In this document: piece by piece, positions 1-9,089 of the stretch
Numbering within the stretch: position 1 is the first letter of the stretch
Layout: each line of letters begins with the position of its first letter
Origin: a virus
Lineage: Duplodnaviria; Caudoviricetes
IMG/VR virus record: IMGVR_UViG_3300044627_000999
Location: 1 to 28,125 of that record
DNA length: 28,125 nt
Direction: 5' to 3' (one strand)
Notes under the pieces: model-generated
Database searches by the model: none
The model's input: only the letters and a program-made list of their open reading frames with translations
What the model was told of the DNA's origin: nothing
Position numbers and translations under genes: made by a program

Positions 1-2208
1 GGTATTGATGGTTCATCTGGTGTAGCCCACTCTGCTGGTGCTGTAGTGCGCCATATGGCAATTGGTCGTGATTATCGTGAGGCTAATCAACACATTGAAA
101 ATACTACAACTGCACACGGATTAACTCTTGCTAACGTAACTTTATCAACTGGTACAGGTAATGTATCAACTACAATGCTTGCGTCTAATGCAGTAACTAC
201 TGCAAAGATTGCTGACTCAAATGTAACTACAGCAAAGATTGCTGATTCTGCTATTACCTCTGCTAAAATTGCTGACGGTACTATTGCTACTGATGATATA
301 GCAGACTCTGCTATTACTAGTGGTAAGATAGCAACTGGTGCAGTAGGCACAGTTAAAATTGATGACCTATCAATTACTACTGCTAAGATTAATGATAGCG
401 CAGTAACTGCTGCTAAGATTGGCGCAGATGCTGTAACTACAGCGAAGATTCTTGATTCAAATGTTACTACCGCAAAGATAGCAGACAGTGCAGTTACCTC
501 TGCGAAGATAGCAGATGGCACCATTGTTGCTGGAGACATAGCAGATGGTACTATTACTTCGGCTAAGATTGCTGATGGTACTATCGTTGCTGGTGATATA
601 GCAGACGGAGCAGTTACATCTGCTAAAATCCTAGACGGTACTATTGTTAACGCAGATATTAATGCAACTGCTGCTATTGCTAAAACCAAGTTAGACCTTG
701 GTGGAACTATTACATCTGCTGACTTGGTAGATGGAACTATTGTCAATGCTGACATTAACGCCTCTGCCGCTATTGCTTTATCTAAGTTGGCAGTAGACCC
801 ACTAGCACGTGCTAATCATACTGGTACACAGACAGCCTCTACAGTTTCAGATTTTGATACACAGGTAAGAACATCTCGGCTTGACCAAATGGCAGCACCT
901 ACTGCTGCTGTATCTCTTAATAGCCAAAAGATTACAAACCTAGCAAATGCCGTAGACAATGGAGATGCCGTAAGTCTTGGATACTTGACTAGTCAAAAGG
1001 GTATAGCAAATGGTATTGCTGAACTTGATGGTTCAGGATTGGTTCCTACCCATCATCTTCCAGCCCTTGCTATTACCAACACATCTGTAGTTAATTCAGA
1101 GGCTAATATGCTTGCTCTTACCGCACAGGTTGGTGATATTGCAGTTCGTACAGATGTTAATAAATCATTTATTCTTACAGCAACTCCTGCTTCTACATTA
1201 GGTAACTGGCAAGAATTGTTAAGTCCAACAGATGCAGTTTTATCTGTTGATGGTAGCACAGGTGCAGTTAGCCTTTCAGGTACATATATAAACAGAACTA
1301 CTGGTCAATTACTAGGTAACTTAGATGCTAATACACATAAAGTTACTAATTTAGGAACTCCTACAAGTAATGGAGATGCTGCTACAAAGGCATATGTAGA
1401 TACCGTTGCTGGTTCTGCTACTGCTGCTGCAGCCTCCGCTGCTGCCGCTGCAACAACCTATGACAACTTTGATGACCGCTACTTAGGTAGCAAGTCATCT
1501 GCTCCATCTGTAGATAATGATGGCAATGCACTTATTACTGGTGCTCTTTACTGGAACTCAGTAGATAACGCTATGTATGTTTGGAAGGGTTCATCTTGGG
1601 GTTCAATCTCTTCAACTGCAGACATCTTCCGTTTCCGTTATACAGCATCAGGTGGAGAAACATCTAAGTCAGGTGTAGACGATAATGGTGTAACACTTTC
1701 TTATCTTCCTGGTAAAGAACAGGTATATCTAAACGGTGTACTTCTTGTCCGTACTACAGATTACACAGCATCTAATGGAACAAGCATTACTTCTCTTGCT
1801 GCATTAACTGCTGGAGATATTCTTGAAATTATTACCTTCACAGCCTTTGATTTAGCAACTTCAATTTCTAATACACTCTTTGATGCTAAGGGAGATATCT
1901 TAGTAGCAACTGCTGCTGATACCCCTGGCAAACTAACAGTTGGCACTAACGGATATGTCCTTAAGGCTAACTCAGCAACAGCAACAGGATTGGAATGGGG
2001 CGTTTATGACCCACTTCCTAGCCAGACTGGAAATACTGGCGAGTTCTTAACAACTGACGGTTCAACAACTAGTTGGGCAGCCATAAGCCAAGTACCTTCT
2101 CAGACTGGTAATGCGGGCTTATATTTAACAACAAACGGAAGCGTTGCTTCTTGGGCTACAGTTAGCGCAGGAGTAAGTAGTGCTAAAGTTTACTTTATGA
2201 AAGGATAA
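1..2208 (+). CDS. Tail fibre protein, 5' truncated (frame is open from base 1)
   Basis: Frame 1 reads GIDGSSGVAHSAGAVVRHM without a stop, so the gene starts before the window. It has decapeptide repeats (VTTAKIADSN-like), two YadA-neck-like motifs (KITNLANAVDNGDAV, KVTNLGTPTSNGDAATKAYVD), ARANHTGTQ and AKGDILVAT fibre motifs, and is Ala/Thr/Ser/Gly-rich. Confidence 0.85.
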   Translation, partial: GIDGSSGVAHSAGAVVRHMAIGRDYREANQHIENTTTAHGLTLANVTLSTGTGNVSTTMLASNAVTTAKIADSNVTTAKIADSAITSAKIADGTIATDDIADSAITSGKIATGAVGTVKIDDLSITTAKINDSAVTAAKIGADAVTTAKILDSNVTTAKIADSAVTSAKIADGTIVAGDIADGTITSAKIADGTIVAGDIADGAVTSAKILDGTIVNADINATAAIAKTKLDLGGTITSADLVDGTIVNADINASAAIALSKLAVDPLARANHTGTQTASTVSDFDTQVRTSRLDQMAAPTAAVSLNSQKITNLANAVDNGDAVSLGYLTSQKGIANGIAELDGSGLVPTHHLPALAITNTSVVNSEANMLALTAQVGDIAVRTDVNKSFILTATPASTLGNWQELLSPTDAVLSVDGSTGAVSLSGTYINRTTGQLLGNLDANTHKVTNLGTPTSNGDAATKAYVDTVAGSATAAAASAAAAATTYDNFDDRYLGSKSSAPSVDNDGNALITGALYWNSVDNAMYVWKGSSWGSISSTADIFRFRYTASGGETSKSGVDDNGVTLSYLPGKEQVYLNGVLLVRTTDYTASNGTSITSLAALTAGDILEIITFTAFDLATSISNTLFDAKGDILVATAADTPGKLTVGTNGYVLKANSATATGLEWGVYDPLPSQTGNTGEFLTTDGSTTSWAAISQVPSQTGNAGLYLTTNGSVASWATVSAGVSSAKVYFMKG
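190..765 (+). repeat. Degenerate 30-bp coding tandem repeat ([VI]T[TS]AKIAD[SG]x)
   Basis: More than 15 consecutive decapeptide units in the translation, with synonymous divergence at DNA level. GTIVAGDIAD and GTIVNADINA each occur twice. Confidence 0.9.
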
Positions 2209-2211
2209 CAA

Positions 2212-2553
2212 ATGGCAAGTGGATTCTTGGGAAAATCTGTCCCAACAGCAAATACTTGGACATTACTTTACACTGTTCCTAGTAGTAAAGTAGCAAGTAT
2301 TTCTATAAACGCAGTATATACAGGAACAGCAACAAGTGGTACTTATGTAGATATTGCTACATCAACATCTAATACCGCTGCAGGTGCAGGTATTGTAGCA
2401 AGTGAATATATAATGTGGAACTTAAATCTTGACACACTAGGTGCATCTTTAGAAAAAACTGGTTTAGTCATAGATGCAACAAACGCCCCATATGTTTGGG
2501 TTCGTTCAAGTCAAGGTAGTACATCATTTCAAGTATACGGATATGAGGAATAA
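2212..2553 (+). CDS. Small beta-rich tail adaptor protein (cassette 1)
   Basis: 113 aa with LLYTVPSSKVASISI; similar in size and pattern to 4230..4547; lies directly after the fibre gene. Confidence 0.6.
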   Translation: MASGFLGKSVPTANTWTLLYTVPSSKVASISINAVYTGTATSGTYVDIATSTSNTAAGAGIVASEYIMWNLNLDTLGASLEKTGLVIDATNAPYVWVRSSQGSTSFQVYGYEE

Positions 2554-2555
2554 TA

Positions 2556-3698
2556 ATGGGTCTAACAGTATCAGAACCAAATAATAAAAGAGAAGTAGCC
2601 ACTGATAACCCAATTTTTGGTGGTGGAAATATAGAAACATTTTTCCAAAATGGAACTTTCACTTTACCTACTGGTGTAAAAGTAATTAAAGTCCGTGTTT
2701 GGGGCGCAGGCGGTGGCGGATATGGTGGAGTTTCAAATCCTAACAGTTCTGGCGGTGGAGGCGGTGGTGGATATGCTGAAAAAATTATTACCTCACCTAA
2801 CTCAACTTACTCTGTAACTATTGGAGCAGGTGGTATTCAATCAACTGGTGGCGGAACATCTAGTTTTGGTTCTGCTGCATCTGCAACTGGTGGTGCTGCT
2901 GGTAATGGTGGTAGTTCATTTAGTGGTGCTTCTGGCGGTGCTGGTTCTGGTGGAGATATAAATAGAACTGGTGGCATTGGTGGTCCGTGTGTCAATAGCA
3001 GTATGGCTTCAGGTACGGGTGGAGGTAGTGCTGCAGGACCTTGGGGCGACGGATTTGCTGGAGGTGGCGCACAAAGCCAAGGAAGTGTAGGTTGCGGTGG
3101 TGGTGGAATTGGCGGTCCAGGTGGTGGAAGTAATAATACTGCTAATCCAATACCTGATTGTGGATATGGCGGAGGCGGAAGCGCTGGTGCTTCTTACAAT
3201 CTTCAAGGTGGACCTGGAAAACTTACTGCTGGTCAAATGGGTAAAACAAATAATAGAGTAGATTCTAGTAGTTATCCTGCAAGTACATCTAGACCATATA
3301 TGATAACTCCAACTGGTGGCGTAGTATCTTTAGAAAATATGCCAGGACAACAGTCTTATGGAAGATTTTTAGGAGATATTGTTGCTGGTCACGGTGGTGG
3401 CGGTATTACATTATTTCAAGTTCCAGGTGATTTTGATATAGCAGCAATCGCTGGCAATGGTGGTCTAGGTGGCGGAGGTGGCGGAATTGGCTTTAAAGAT
3501 TCTCCTCCTTCTAGAGTATCTGCTGGTAACGGCGGCATCTTCGGCGGCGGTGGTGGTATTGGTGCAAACGGAAATACTTATAACACTAGAGGTGGCAATG
3601 GCGGTATTGGTGGTGGTGGTGGTGGAAACGCAGCAAATAGTGGAACTCAGCATCCATCAGGTAAAGGCGGCGACGGCTTAGTCGTAGTGGAGTGGTAA
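2556..3698 (+). CDS. Glycine-rich receptor-binding/adhesin-like protein
   Basis: GTFTLPTGVKVIKVRVWGAGGGG ... GKGGDGLVVVEW frames many GGxGG runs, typical of phage glycine-rich domain tail proteins. Confidence 0.75.
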   Translation: MGLTVSEPNNKREVATDNPIFGGGNIETFFQNGTFTLPTGVKVIKVRVWGAGGGGYGGVSNPNSSGGGGGGGYAEKIITSPNSTYSVTIGAGGIQSTGGGTSSFGSAASATGGAAGNGGSSFSGASGGAGSGGDINRTGGIGGPCVNSSMASGTGGGSAAGPWGDGFAGGGAQSQGSVGCGGGGIGGPGGGSNNTANPIPDCGYGGGGSAGASYNLQGGPGKLTAGQMGKTNNRVDSSSYPASTSRPYMITPTGGVVSLENMPGQQSYGRFLGDIVAGHGGGGITLFQVPGDFDIAAIAGNGGLGGGGGGIGFKDSPPSRVSAGNGGIFGGGGGIGANGNTYNTRGGNGGIGGGGGGNAANSGTQHPSGKGGDGLVVVEW

Positions 3699-3700
3699 AT

Positions 3701-3883
3701 ATGAAATACGCAAGAATAGTAGATAACAAAGTATGGGAAGTATTTACCCCACCAGTTGGCGTAGATATTTCTGAATGTTTTACTGCTGAGTTAGTTGCTC
3801 AATTTATTGAGTGTCCAGAATATGTAGACCCAAACTACACATACGATGGTACGCATTTCTCAGCACCAATTGTAGAAGAATAA
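3701..3883 (+). CDS. Small acidic tail-fibre-associated protein (chaperone/cap-like)
   Basis: ATG at 3701 just after the upstream stop; MKYARIVDNKVWEV...YTYDGTHFSAP is a pattern commonly found after glycine-rich tail genes. Confidence 0.6.
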   Translation: MKYARIVDNKVWEVFTPPVGVDISECFTAELVAQFIECPEYVDPNYTYDGTHFSAPIVEE

Positions 3884-3892
3884 TAATCTCCC

Positions 3893-3926
3893 TGGGCAAG
3901 GATTAAAACTGCCCAACTAATTTTAT
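3893..3926 (+). terminator. Weak hairpin, possible terminator or processing site between the two tail cassettes
   Basis: TGGGCA (3893-3898) pairs with TGCCCA (3910-3915), followed by ACTAATTTTAT and then the AAGGAG RBS of the next gene. Confidence 0.4.
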
Positions 3927-3940
3927 AATAAGGAGAACCA

Positions 3941-4210
3941 ATGAGTAAAGCAAGAGACCTAGCAAACGCAGGTACCGCATTAACAACCGTATCTGCAACA
4001 GAGTTGGGATACCTAGATGGTGTTACCTCTGCCGTGCAGACACAGATTGATAGTAAGGAAGCAACACTTCCTAGTCAAACGGGTAACTCGGGTAAGTACC
4101 TAACTACTGATGGTTCTACTAAATCATGGGGAACAATTAATTTATCTTCATATGCTACAACTGCAACAGTAGAAGATAATCTCATAATAGACATTATGGA
4201 TGCATACTAA
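3941..4210 (+). CDS. Short tail fibre/anchor protein (cassette 2)
   Basis: AAGGAG RBS; MSKARDLA start, ELGYLDGVTSAVQTQID fibre motif, and the PSQTGNSGKYLTTDGS motif shared with the large fibre. Confidence 0.65.
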   Translation: MSKARDLANAGTALTTVSATELGYLDGVTSAVQTQIDSKEATLPSQTGNSGKYLTTDGSTKSWGTINLSSYATTATVEDNLIIDIMDAY

Positions 4211-4229
4211 AAACGAAAGGTAACACAAA

Positions 4230-4547
4230 ATGGCAGTAACACCGAAACTGTTTTACAGAGCAGCAGGGGCAACTGGAAATGCAACACTCGTTACAGTTCC
4301 TGCTGGTAAAACTTGGATTATTACAAATATTGTAGTATCAAATATAGGTTCATCATCCAGTACTTATACTATGGATTTGGATGACGACTCTGGAAATTTA
4401 GTTCTTTTTTTACCTCAAGTTAGTATACCAGCATACGGCGTAGAGGTTATTGATGTAAAGCAAGTGCTTAGTGCTGGTAGAAGAATCTATGGTTCAACTG
4501 GTTCAACAGATGTTAAGTGGCACATCTCGGGAGTGGAGATTTCGTAA
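4230..4547 (+). CDS. Small beta-rich tail adaptor protein (cassette 2)
   Basis: 105 aa with LVTVPAGKTWIITNIVVSN and C-terminal HISGVEIS, paralleling FQVYGYEE of 2212..2553. Confidence 0.6.
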   Translation: MAVTPKLFYRAAGATGNATLVTVPAGKTWIITNIVVSNIGSSSSTYTMDLDDDSGNLVLFLPQVSIPAYGVEVIDVKQVLSAGRRIYGSTGSTDVKWHISGVEIS

Positions 4548-5128
4548 TGGGATTAAAAACATATCCGTTTGCCGAAATACCAGCACAGGCTGGTCAGTCA
4601 GGTAAATACTTAACCACAAATGGAAGTGTACCTAATTGGGGTTCTATATCTGCTGGTGGTATGACTTTGTTATCAACTACTACTTTATCTGGAACCGCCA
4701 TTACTGTATCTTCAATAAATCAATCATATAATATGTTATATGGCCTAATTGTTAATACTCGTACTTCCCCTAATAACTATACACTATCTATGAACGCAAA
4801 TGGTGATGCAACACTTGCTGATTATTTTAGACCAAATGGTACTGCAATAGCGGGTACAAGTAGTTCCACCTGGGACTTTGGTGGTGGTACTGTTTTTAAC
4901 ACAGCAGCAACTAATGAAAATTGTGTGTTTTTTACTATACATAATTATTCTTCAACGGTTGGTTACAAACCAACAGCCTCTCAGGCAGCATTTTATTCTT
5001 CAGCAACACAAAAAGACCGCAGGTGGTGTTTTGGTGGCATTATGACTACTTCCGCTATAACAAGTATTCAAATTGCATCAACGCAATCTTTAACATCTGG
5101 GACATTTTATTTATATGGAGTTAAATAA
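4547..5128 (+). CDS. Putative receptor-binding tail tip protein (cassette 2)
   Basis: ATG at 4547 overlaps the upstream stop (TAATG), a more likely start than 4517. Contains PAQAGQSGKYLTTNGS, GGMTLLSTTTLSG and C-terminal SAITSIQI...SGTFYLYGVK. Confidence 0.65.
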   Translation: MGLKTYPFAEIPAQAGQSGKYLTTNGSVPNWGSISAGGMTLLSTTTLSGTAITVSSINQSYNMLYGLIVNTRTSPNNYTLSMNANGDATLADYFRPNGTAIAGTSSSTWDFGGGTVFNTAATNENCVFFTIHNYSSTVGYKPTASQAAFYSSATQKDRRWCFGGIMTTSAITSIQIASTQSLTSGTFYLYGVK

Positions 5129-5337
5129 TGAGTAGACCAATAATTAGAGTACATAATTCTGAAACCAATGAAGTAATTGATAGAGAAATGACAGTTGAAG
5201 AATTTAATACTTGGCAAGAAACAGTCAATCAATTAAATTCCTCTAAAAAAGAAGAAGAGTTAAAAAATAATGCTCGTGCAAATATTTTAAAACAATTAGG
5301 CATTACAGAAGAACAAGCAAAAATTTTACTTTCTTAA
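5128..5337 (+). CDS. Small tail-associated protein (chaperone/cap-like)
   Basis: TAATG coupling; IDREMTVEE ... LKQLGITEEQAKILLS; occupies the same position as 3701..3883 in the first cassette. Confidence 0.55.
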   Translation: MSRPIIRVHNSETNEVIDREMTVEEFNTWQETVNQLNSSKKEEELKNNARANILKQLGITEEQAKILLS

Positions 5338-5349
5338 TTAAGGAGCACT

Positions 5350-7542
5350 GTGGCTGGTCGTGATATAACCGAAGGTCGTGCCAATCAAGCAATTGCTGTT
5401 GATGTTGGTATCGTATCTACAAGTACATACTGGCAGAATACATCTGACTCATATGATGTAGCAGTTGGTGGACAACCATTCTTCTATGCCATAAATGACC
5501 AACGTCCATACATTAGACAGACTGCACCTTATAAAAAGGACCAGTTTGATAATGGAGCAGAGCCAGGTGAGCAATCACTTACTGGTTGGTGGATTAGAAG
5601 TCAGTCATCATTTCACGGTGGTGAAGGTATTAAGTTTTATGACCCATCTGCTGGTGAGACAGTTACTCATAGATTTACAGATAGCAAAGGTGTTAATGTT
5701 TGGACTAAAGGTGAGGTAACTCTACTTAAAGATGTTGCTACTGGTCACGTAACTACATACCCAGTTGAATCTAATGGTCGTGCATTCCAACAATTACGCT
5801 CTATTAAATGGGGTAGTAATAATGGTGTGCTACTACACGATGGATATGATGTAGATAAGATTGATACTACTGGCGTAGAAACTCACTTTATTGATTACAA
5901 TGCTGGTTCAGATGACAAGGTATATGCAATTTGTGATGATGGTACTACAGCCTATTGGGTAACTAATGACACTGGCCCATCTGGAAAATTAGAAGTAAAT
6001 AAAAAAGTATTAACAGCAAACTCTGGAACTAGTGCAACTCCAATGTTTACAATTAATGGAGTCACGGTAACTAATGCCACTATGGAATATGTTAAAGACC
6101 GTATTGTTATGGCCGCTAATAATAAAATATATGAATTTCCTACTTCACAAGCAACAGCACCTACTGCTATATACACTCATTCAGATGATGATATTGTATT
6201 TACATCTATTACAGCATCTGGTCCTGCTATTTATATTGCTGGCTATAGTGGTATCCAATCATCTATATTTAAATTTACCCTTAATACATCTGGTGTCATG
6301 CCAACCCTTACTACAGCCATCACTGCAGCAGAAATGCCAGTTGGTGAAAAAATACATAAGATTTATTACTATCTAGGTTATATGATGATAGGGACCAATA
6401 AAGGAATCCGTGCAGCAGTTGTCTCAGACCAAGACGGCTCCATAAACTATGGTCCACTAATTGTGGAAACTACTCAGCCTTGCTATGACTTTGCTGCACG
6501 AGACAGATTCGTCTGGTGTGCAACTAGTGTAGATGGTGAACCAGGGGTTATCCGCATTGACCTTGGTAATGAAATAGAAACCTTACGCTTTGCTTATGCA
6601 AATGATTTATATTATTCAGGTGTATCTGGTGTAGATACTACATCTTGTGCATTCTTAGGAGAAACAGATAGGCTTGCATTTTGCACTGAAGCAGTAGACC
6701 AAAAGTCTGTAACTAATAAACAACGTACTGGAACTACTGCAACTATTACATCTAATGCACACGGCTATGTTGCTGGAGATAAAATATATGTTATTGGTGT
6801 AGATGCAGCACTAGATGGTGACTTTACTATTACTTCAGTAACTACAAATACAATTTCCTATACTACTGCTACATCTGGAACTATTGCATCTACTGCGGTA
6901 ACTACTGGACTTGTTGGTAAGCCTGGATATTCATACTTAGAAGCAACATCTACATTAATACCTACTGGTTATTTAACTACAGGATACATTAGATACGGAA
7001 CCCTTGAGCCTAAGAACTTTAAACGTTTACTTGCTCGTGGTGACTTTAATAAAGGTTCATTAGTACTTGAAACTGTAGATAAAAATGGTGTTGAGTATGA
7101 CCATATTACCTACGAAGCAGGAGTAACTGCAGTTGAAGTTGGTACTAACAATCCTGATACAGCACAGGAGTATGTAGCCTATAAGTTTATTCTTAATCGT
7201 GATGCTACAACTACTAGCCAAGGTCCAGTATTTAAAGGCTATCAAGCAAAGGCTACTATTGCTACACCTAGACAAAGAACTATGCAGTTTCCTGTTTATT
7301 GTTTTGATATTGAAACAGATAGATACAATGTGATATCTGGCTATGAAGGTAAGGCACTAGCACGACTACAACTACTAGAAGGAGTTGAAGAGAATGGCGA
7401 CGTTGTTACCTGGCAAGACCTTACTACTGGCGAAAGTCGTCAGGTAGTTATTGAGCAAGTCTCATTTACCCGTATGACTCCACCTGATAAAAGATTTGAT
7501 GGATTTGGCGGCGTAATTGAGATAACTATTAGAACGGTATAA
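5350..7542 (+). CDS. Large virion tail protein (nozzle/beta-propeller-like) with an inserted FCCH-like domain
   Basis: 730 aa, beta-strand rich, GTG start with AAGGAG RBS. TATITSNAHGYVAGDKIYVIGV...FTITSVTTNTISY resembles the E1-FCCH-like insert seen in phage tail proteins. The exact role is inferred. Confidence 0.55.
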   Translation: MAGRDITEGRANQAIAVDVGIVSTSTYWQNTSDSYDVAVGGQPFFYAINDQRPYIRQTAPYKKDQFDNGAEPGEQSLTGWWIRSQSSFHGGEGIKFYDPSAGETVTHRFTDSKGVNVWTKGEVTLLKDVATGHVTTYPVESNGRAFQQLRSIKWGSNNGVLLHDGYDVDKIDTTGVETHFIDYNAGSDDKVYAICDDGTTAYWVTNDTGPSGKLEVNKKVLTANSGTSATPMFTINGVTVTNATMEYVKDRIVMAANNKIYEFPTSQATAPTAIYTHSDDDIVFTSITASGPAIYIAGYSGIQSSIFKFTLNTSGVMPTLTTAITAAEMPVGEKIHKIYYYLGYMMIGTNKGIRAAVVSDQDGSINYGPLIVETTQPCYDFAARDRFVWCATSVDGEPGVIRIDLGNEIETLRFAYANDLYYSGVSGVDTTSCAFLGETDRLAFCTEAVDQKSVTNKQRTGTTATITSNAHGYVAGDKIYVIGVDAALDGDFTITSVTTNTISYTTATSGTIASTAVTTGLVGKPGYSYLEATSTLIPTGYLTTGYIRYGTLEPKNFKRLLARGDFNKGSLVLETVDKNGVEYDHITYEAGVTAVEVGTNNPDTAQEYVAYKFILNRDATTTSQGPVFKGYQAKATIATPRQRTMQFPVYCFDIETDRYNVISGYEGKALARLQLLEGVEENGDVVTWQDLTTGESRQVVIEQVSFTRMTPPDKRFDGFGGVIEITIRTV

Positions 7543-7546
7543 CACT

Positions 7547-7759
7547 ATGACACCTGCTGACTGGGCTGCAATTGCAGTATCTGTAACTACTTTACTTGGC
7601 GCATTGGCCGTAGGAATAAGACACTTAGTTAAACACTATCTGTCAGAACTTCGCCCCAATGGAGGCTCAAGTTTGCGTGACCAGGTCAACAGATTAGAAG
7701 AGAAGGTTGAATTTTTAACTACATTTGTAATAGAGGCATTTAAAAATGAAAGCAAATAA
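7547..7759 (+). CDS. Single-TM membrane protein with coiled-coil tail (holin-like lysis accessory)
   Basis: N-terminal hydrophobic helix WAAIAVSVTTLLGALAVGI, then ELRPNGGSSLRDQVNRLE, a pattern typical of actinophage lysis-region membrane proteins. Confidence 0.6.
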   Translation: MTPADWAAIAVSVTTLLGALAVGIRHLVKHYLSELRPNGGSSLRDQVNRLEEKVEFLTTFVIEAFKNESK

Positions 7760-8324
7760 TTTTCCTAAATGGTTTTATGATAACAATACTAATGCTGATT
7801 TTGAAACAGGGTTAGTAGAGTTTAAAGACAAAAAAAATCTTAAGTTCTTACAGATAGGTGTCTTTACTGGCAATTGTTCAGCATGGTTATTAAAGAATAT
7901 TCTTACTGACCCATCATCATTGTTAGTAGATATAGACCCTTGGTGTGGTAATTTACCGCATGAATCCGTGTATGATTGGGCAGATATACAAGCAGCATAT
8001 AAAGAACAAATAGAACCATATGGCAAGAAAGTTCAAGCACATAAAGCATTTAGTGGTGACTGGTTAAAAGATAACCGTGAAGTTAAATATGATTTTATTT
8101 ACATTGATGGTGACCATCTACCTGAATCAGTAACCTTAGATGCTGACCTATCTTGGGACTTGCTTAAGTCAGGTGGTATTATGGCCTTTGATGATTATGA
8201 GTGGGACCATCCAGATGGTACAGATAAAAACCCTAAGCCAGCAATAGATGCTTGGCTTGCAAAACATAAGAATGAAATAGAAATAATACGTAAAGGATGG
8301 CAAGTATGGATAAGGAAAAAATAA
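7746..8324 (+). CDS. Class I SAM-dependent methyltransferase (Methyltransf_24-like)
   Basis: Motifs LQIGVFTGNCS, IDPW, YDFIYIDGDH and LKSGGIMAFDDY. Confidence 0.85.
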   Translation: MKANNFPKWFYDNNTNADFETGLVEFKDKKNLKFLQIGVFTGNCSAWLLKNILTDPSSLLVDIDPWCGNLPHESVYDWADIQAAYKEQIEPYGKKVQAHKAFSGDWLKDNREVKYDFIYIDGDHLPESVTLDADLSWDLLKSGGIMAFDDYEWDHPDGTDKNPKPAIDAWLAKHKNEIEIIRKGWQVWIRKK

Positions 8325-8774
8325 ATGACAACTGTTGCCAAGAGAGCCACACCTGCTGCAATTGCTGTTCTCCGTCAAGCGACGGCGTTAAGACCGAAGC
8401 GCAAGAAAGCCAGCGATGGTCTGCTTCCATCTGCTGCTCATCTGAAATCCAGTCCTAACTCAGACCATAACACAGGGTTTGCAGCCGACTTAACTCACGA
8501 CCCTAATGGTGGTATAGATTGTTTTGAAATCTATGACAAGTTACAGTCAGATAAACGAGTAAAGTATTTAATATTTCAAGGTAAGATTTGGTCAGCCAAG
8601 AATGGTGAAGCCAGATATACTGGAGTAAATCAACATAATAAACACCTACATATTTCCATCAAAGATAACTGCGGTAACGATACGTCACCTTGGTTTCCTT
8701 GGTTGGGAAAAGCAACAACACTAAACAAAGTGGTAGCGGCAACAAAGCCTTTACCGAAGAAGGAGAACAAATGA
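8325..8774 (+). CDS. Putative endolysin, Zn peptidase of M15/LAS-like type
   Basis: SDH-x6-D (SDHNTGFAAD) and HxxHxH (QHNKHLH) metal-ligand pattern; lies directly before a holin-like gene. Confidence 0.65.
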   Translation: MTTVAKRATPAAIAVLRQATALRPKRKKASDGLLPSAAHLKSSPNSDHNTGFAADLTHDPNGGIDCFEIYDKLQSDKRVKYLIFQGKIWSAKNGEARYTGVNQHNKHLHISIKDNCGNDTSPWFPWLGKATTLNKVVAATKPLPKKENK

Positions 8775-8983
8775 AAGATTTAATTGCTAAGTTAAAGAGC
8801 AAGAAGACTAAGGCTGCATTCAAGTCTTATGTCCGTGCTGTATTAGCATCGGCAGTAACAATGGGATTAGCACTGGCTGCTGACCTATCACCAGAGTATG
8901 CAATCCTAATCGGTTCTGTAACCGCACCATTGGCTAAATGGGCAGATAAGACCGAAAAAGAATACGGCATAGGCTCTAAATAA
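8771..8983 (+). CDS. Putative holin
   Basis: ATG at 8771 with AAGGAG RBS, overlapping the endolysin stop; basic N-terminus, two hydrophobic segments, WADKTEKEYG tail; last gene before the terminator. Confidence 0.65.
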   Translation: MKDLIAKLKSKKTKAAFKSYVRAVLASAVTMGLALAADLSPEYAILIGSVTAPLAKWADKTEKEYGIGSK

Positions 8984-9027
8984 GTACTTTTAATTAGCCT
9001 TTAAAGGCTGTTTATAGACACGAATAA

Positions 9028-9075
9028 CCCCCGCCCTAGTAGAGATACTAGAAAGCGGGGGCTTTTCTTGTTTTC
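9028..9075 (+). terminator. Intrinsic terminator at the convergence of the late and early arms
   Basis: CCCCCGC...GCGGGGG outer stem and CTAGTA-GAGA-TACTAG inner stem, followed by CTTTTCTTGTTTT. Confidence 0.8.
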
Positions 9076-9089
9076 TAAGCAGTTCCCCT

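Noticed and set aside
87-755. 222-aa minus-strand ORF and other antisense or nested ORFs in the track (for example 5495, 11063, 13540, 17435, 21866)
   Set aside because: They are shadows of well-supported genes caused by codon bias, with no RBS or recognisable motifs.
190-765. CRISPR-like periodicity
   Set aside because: The units are degenerate, in-frame coding repeats with no unique spacers.
2556-5128. Diversity-generating retroelement or invertible shufflon acting on the tail genes
   Set aside because: No reverse transcriptase, invertase, inverted cassette or near-identical template/variable repeat pair is visible in the window.
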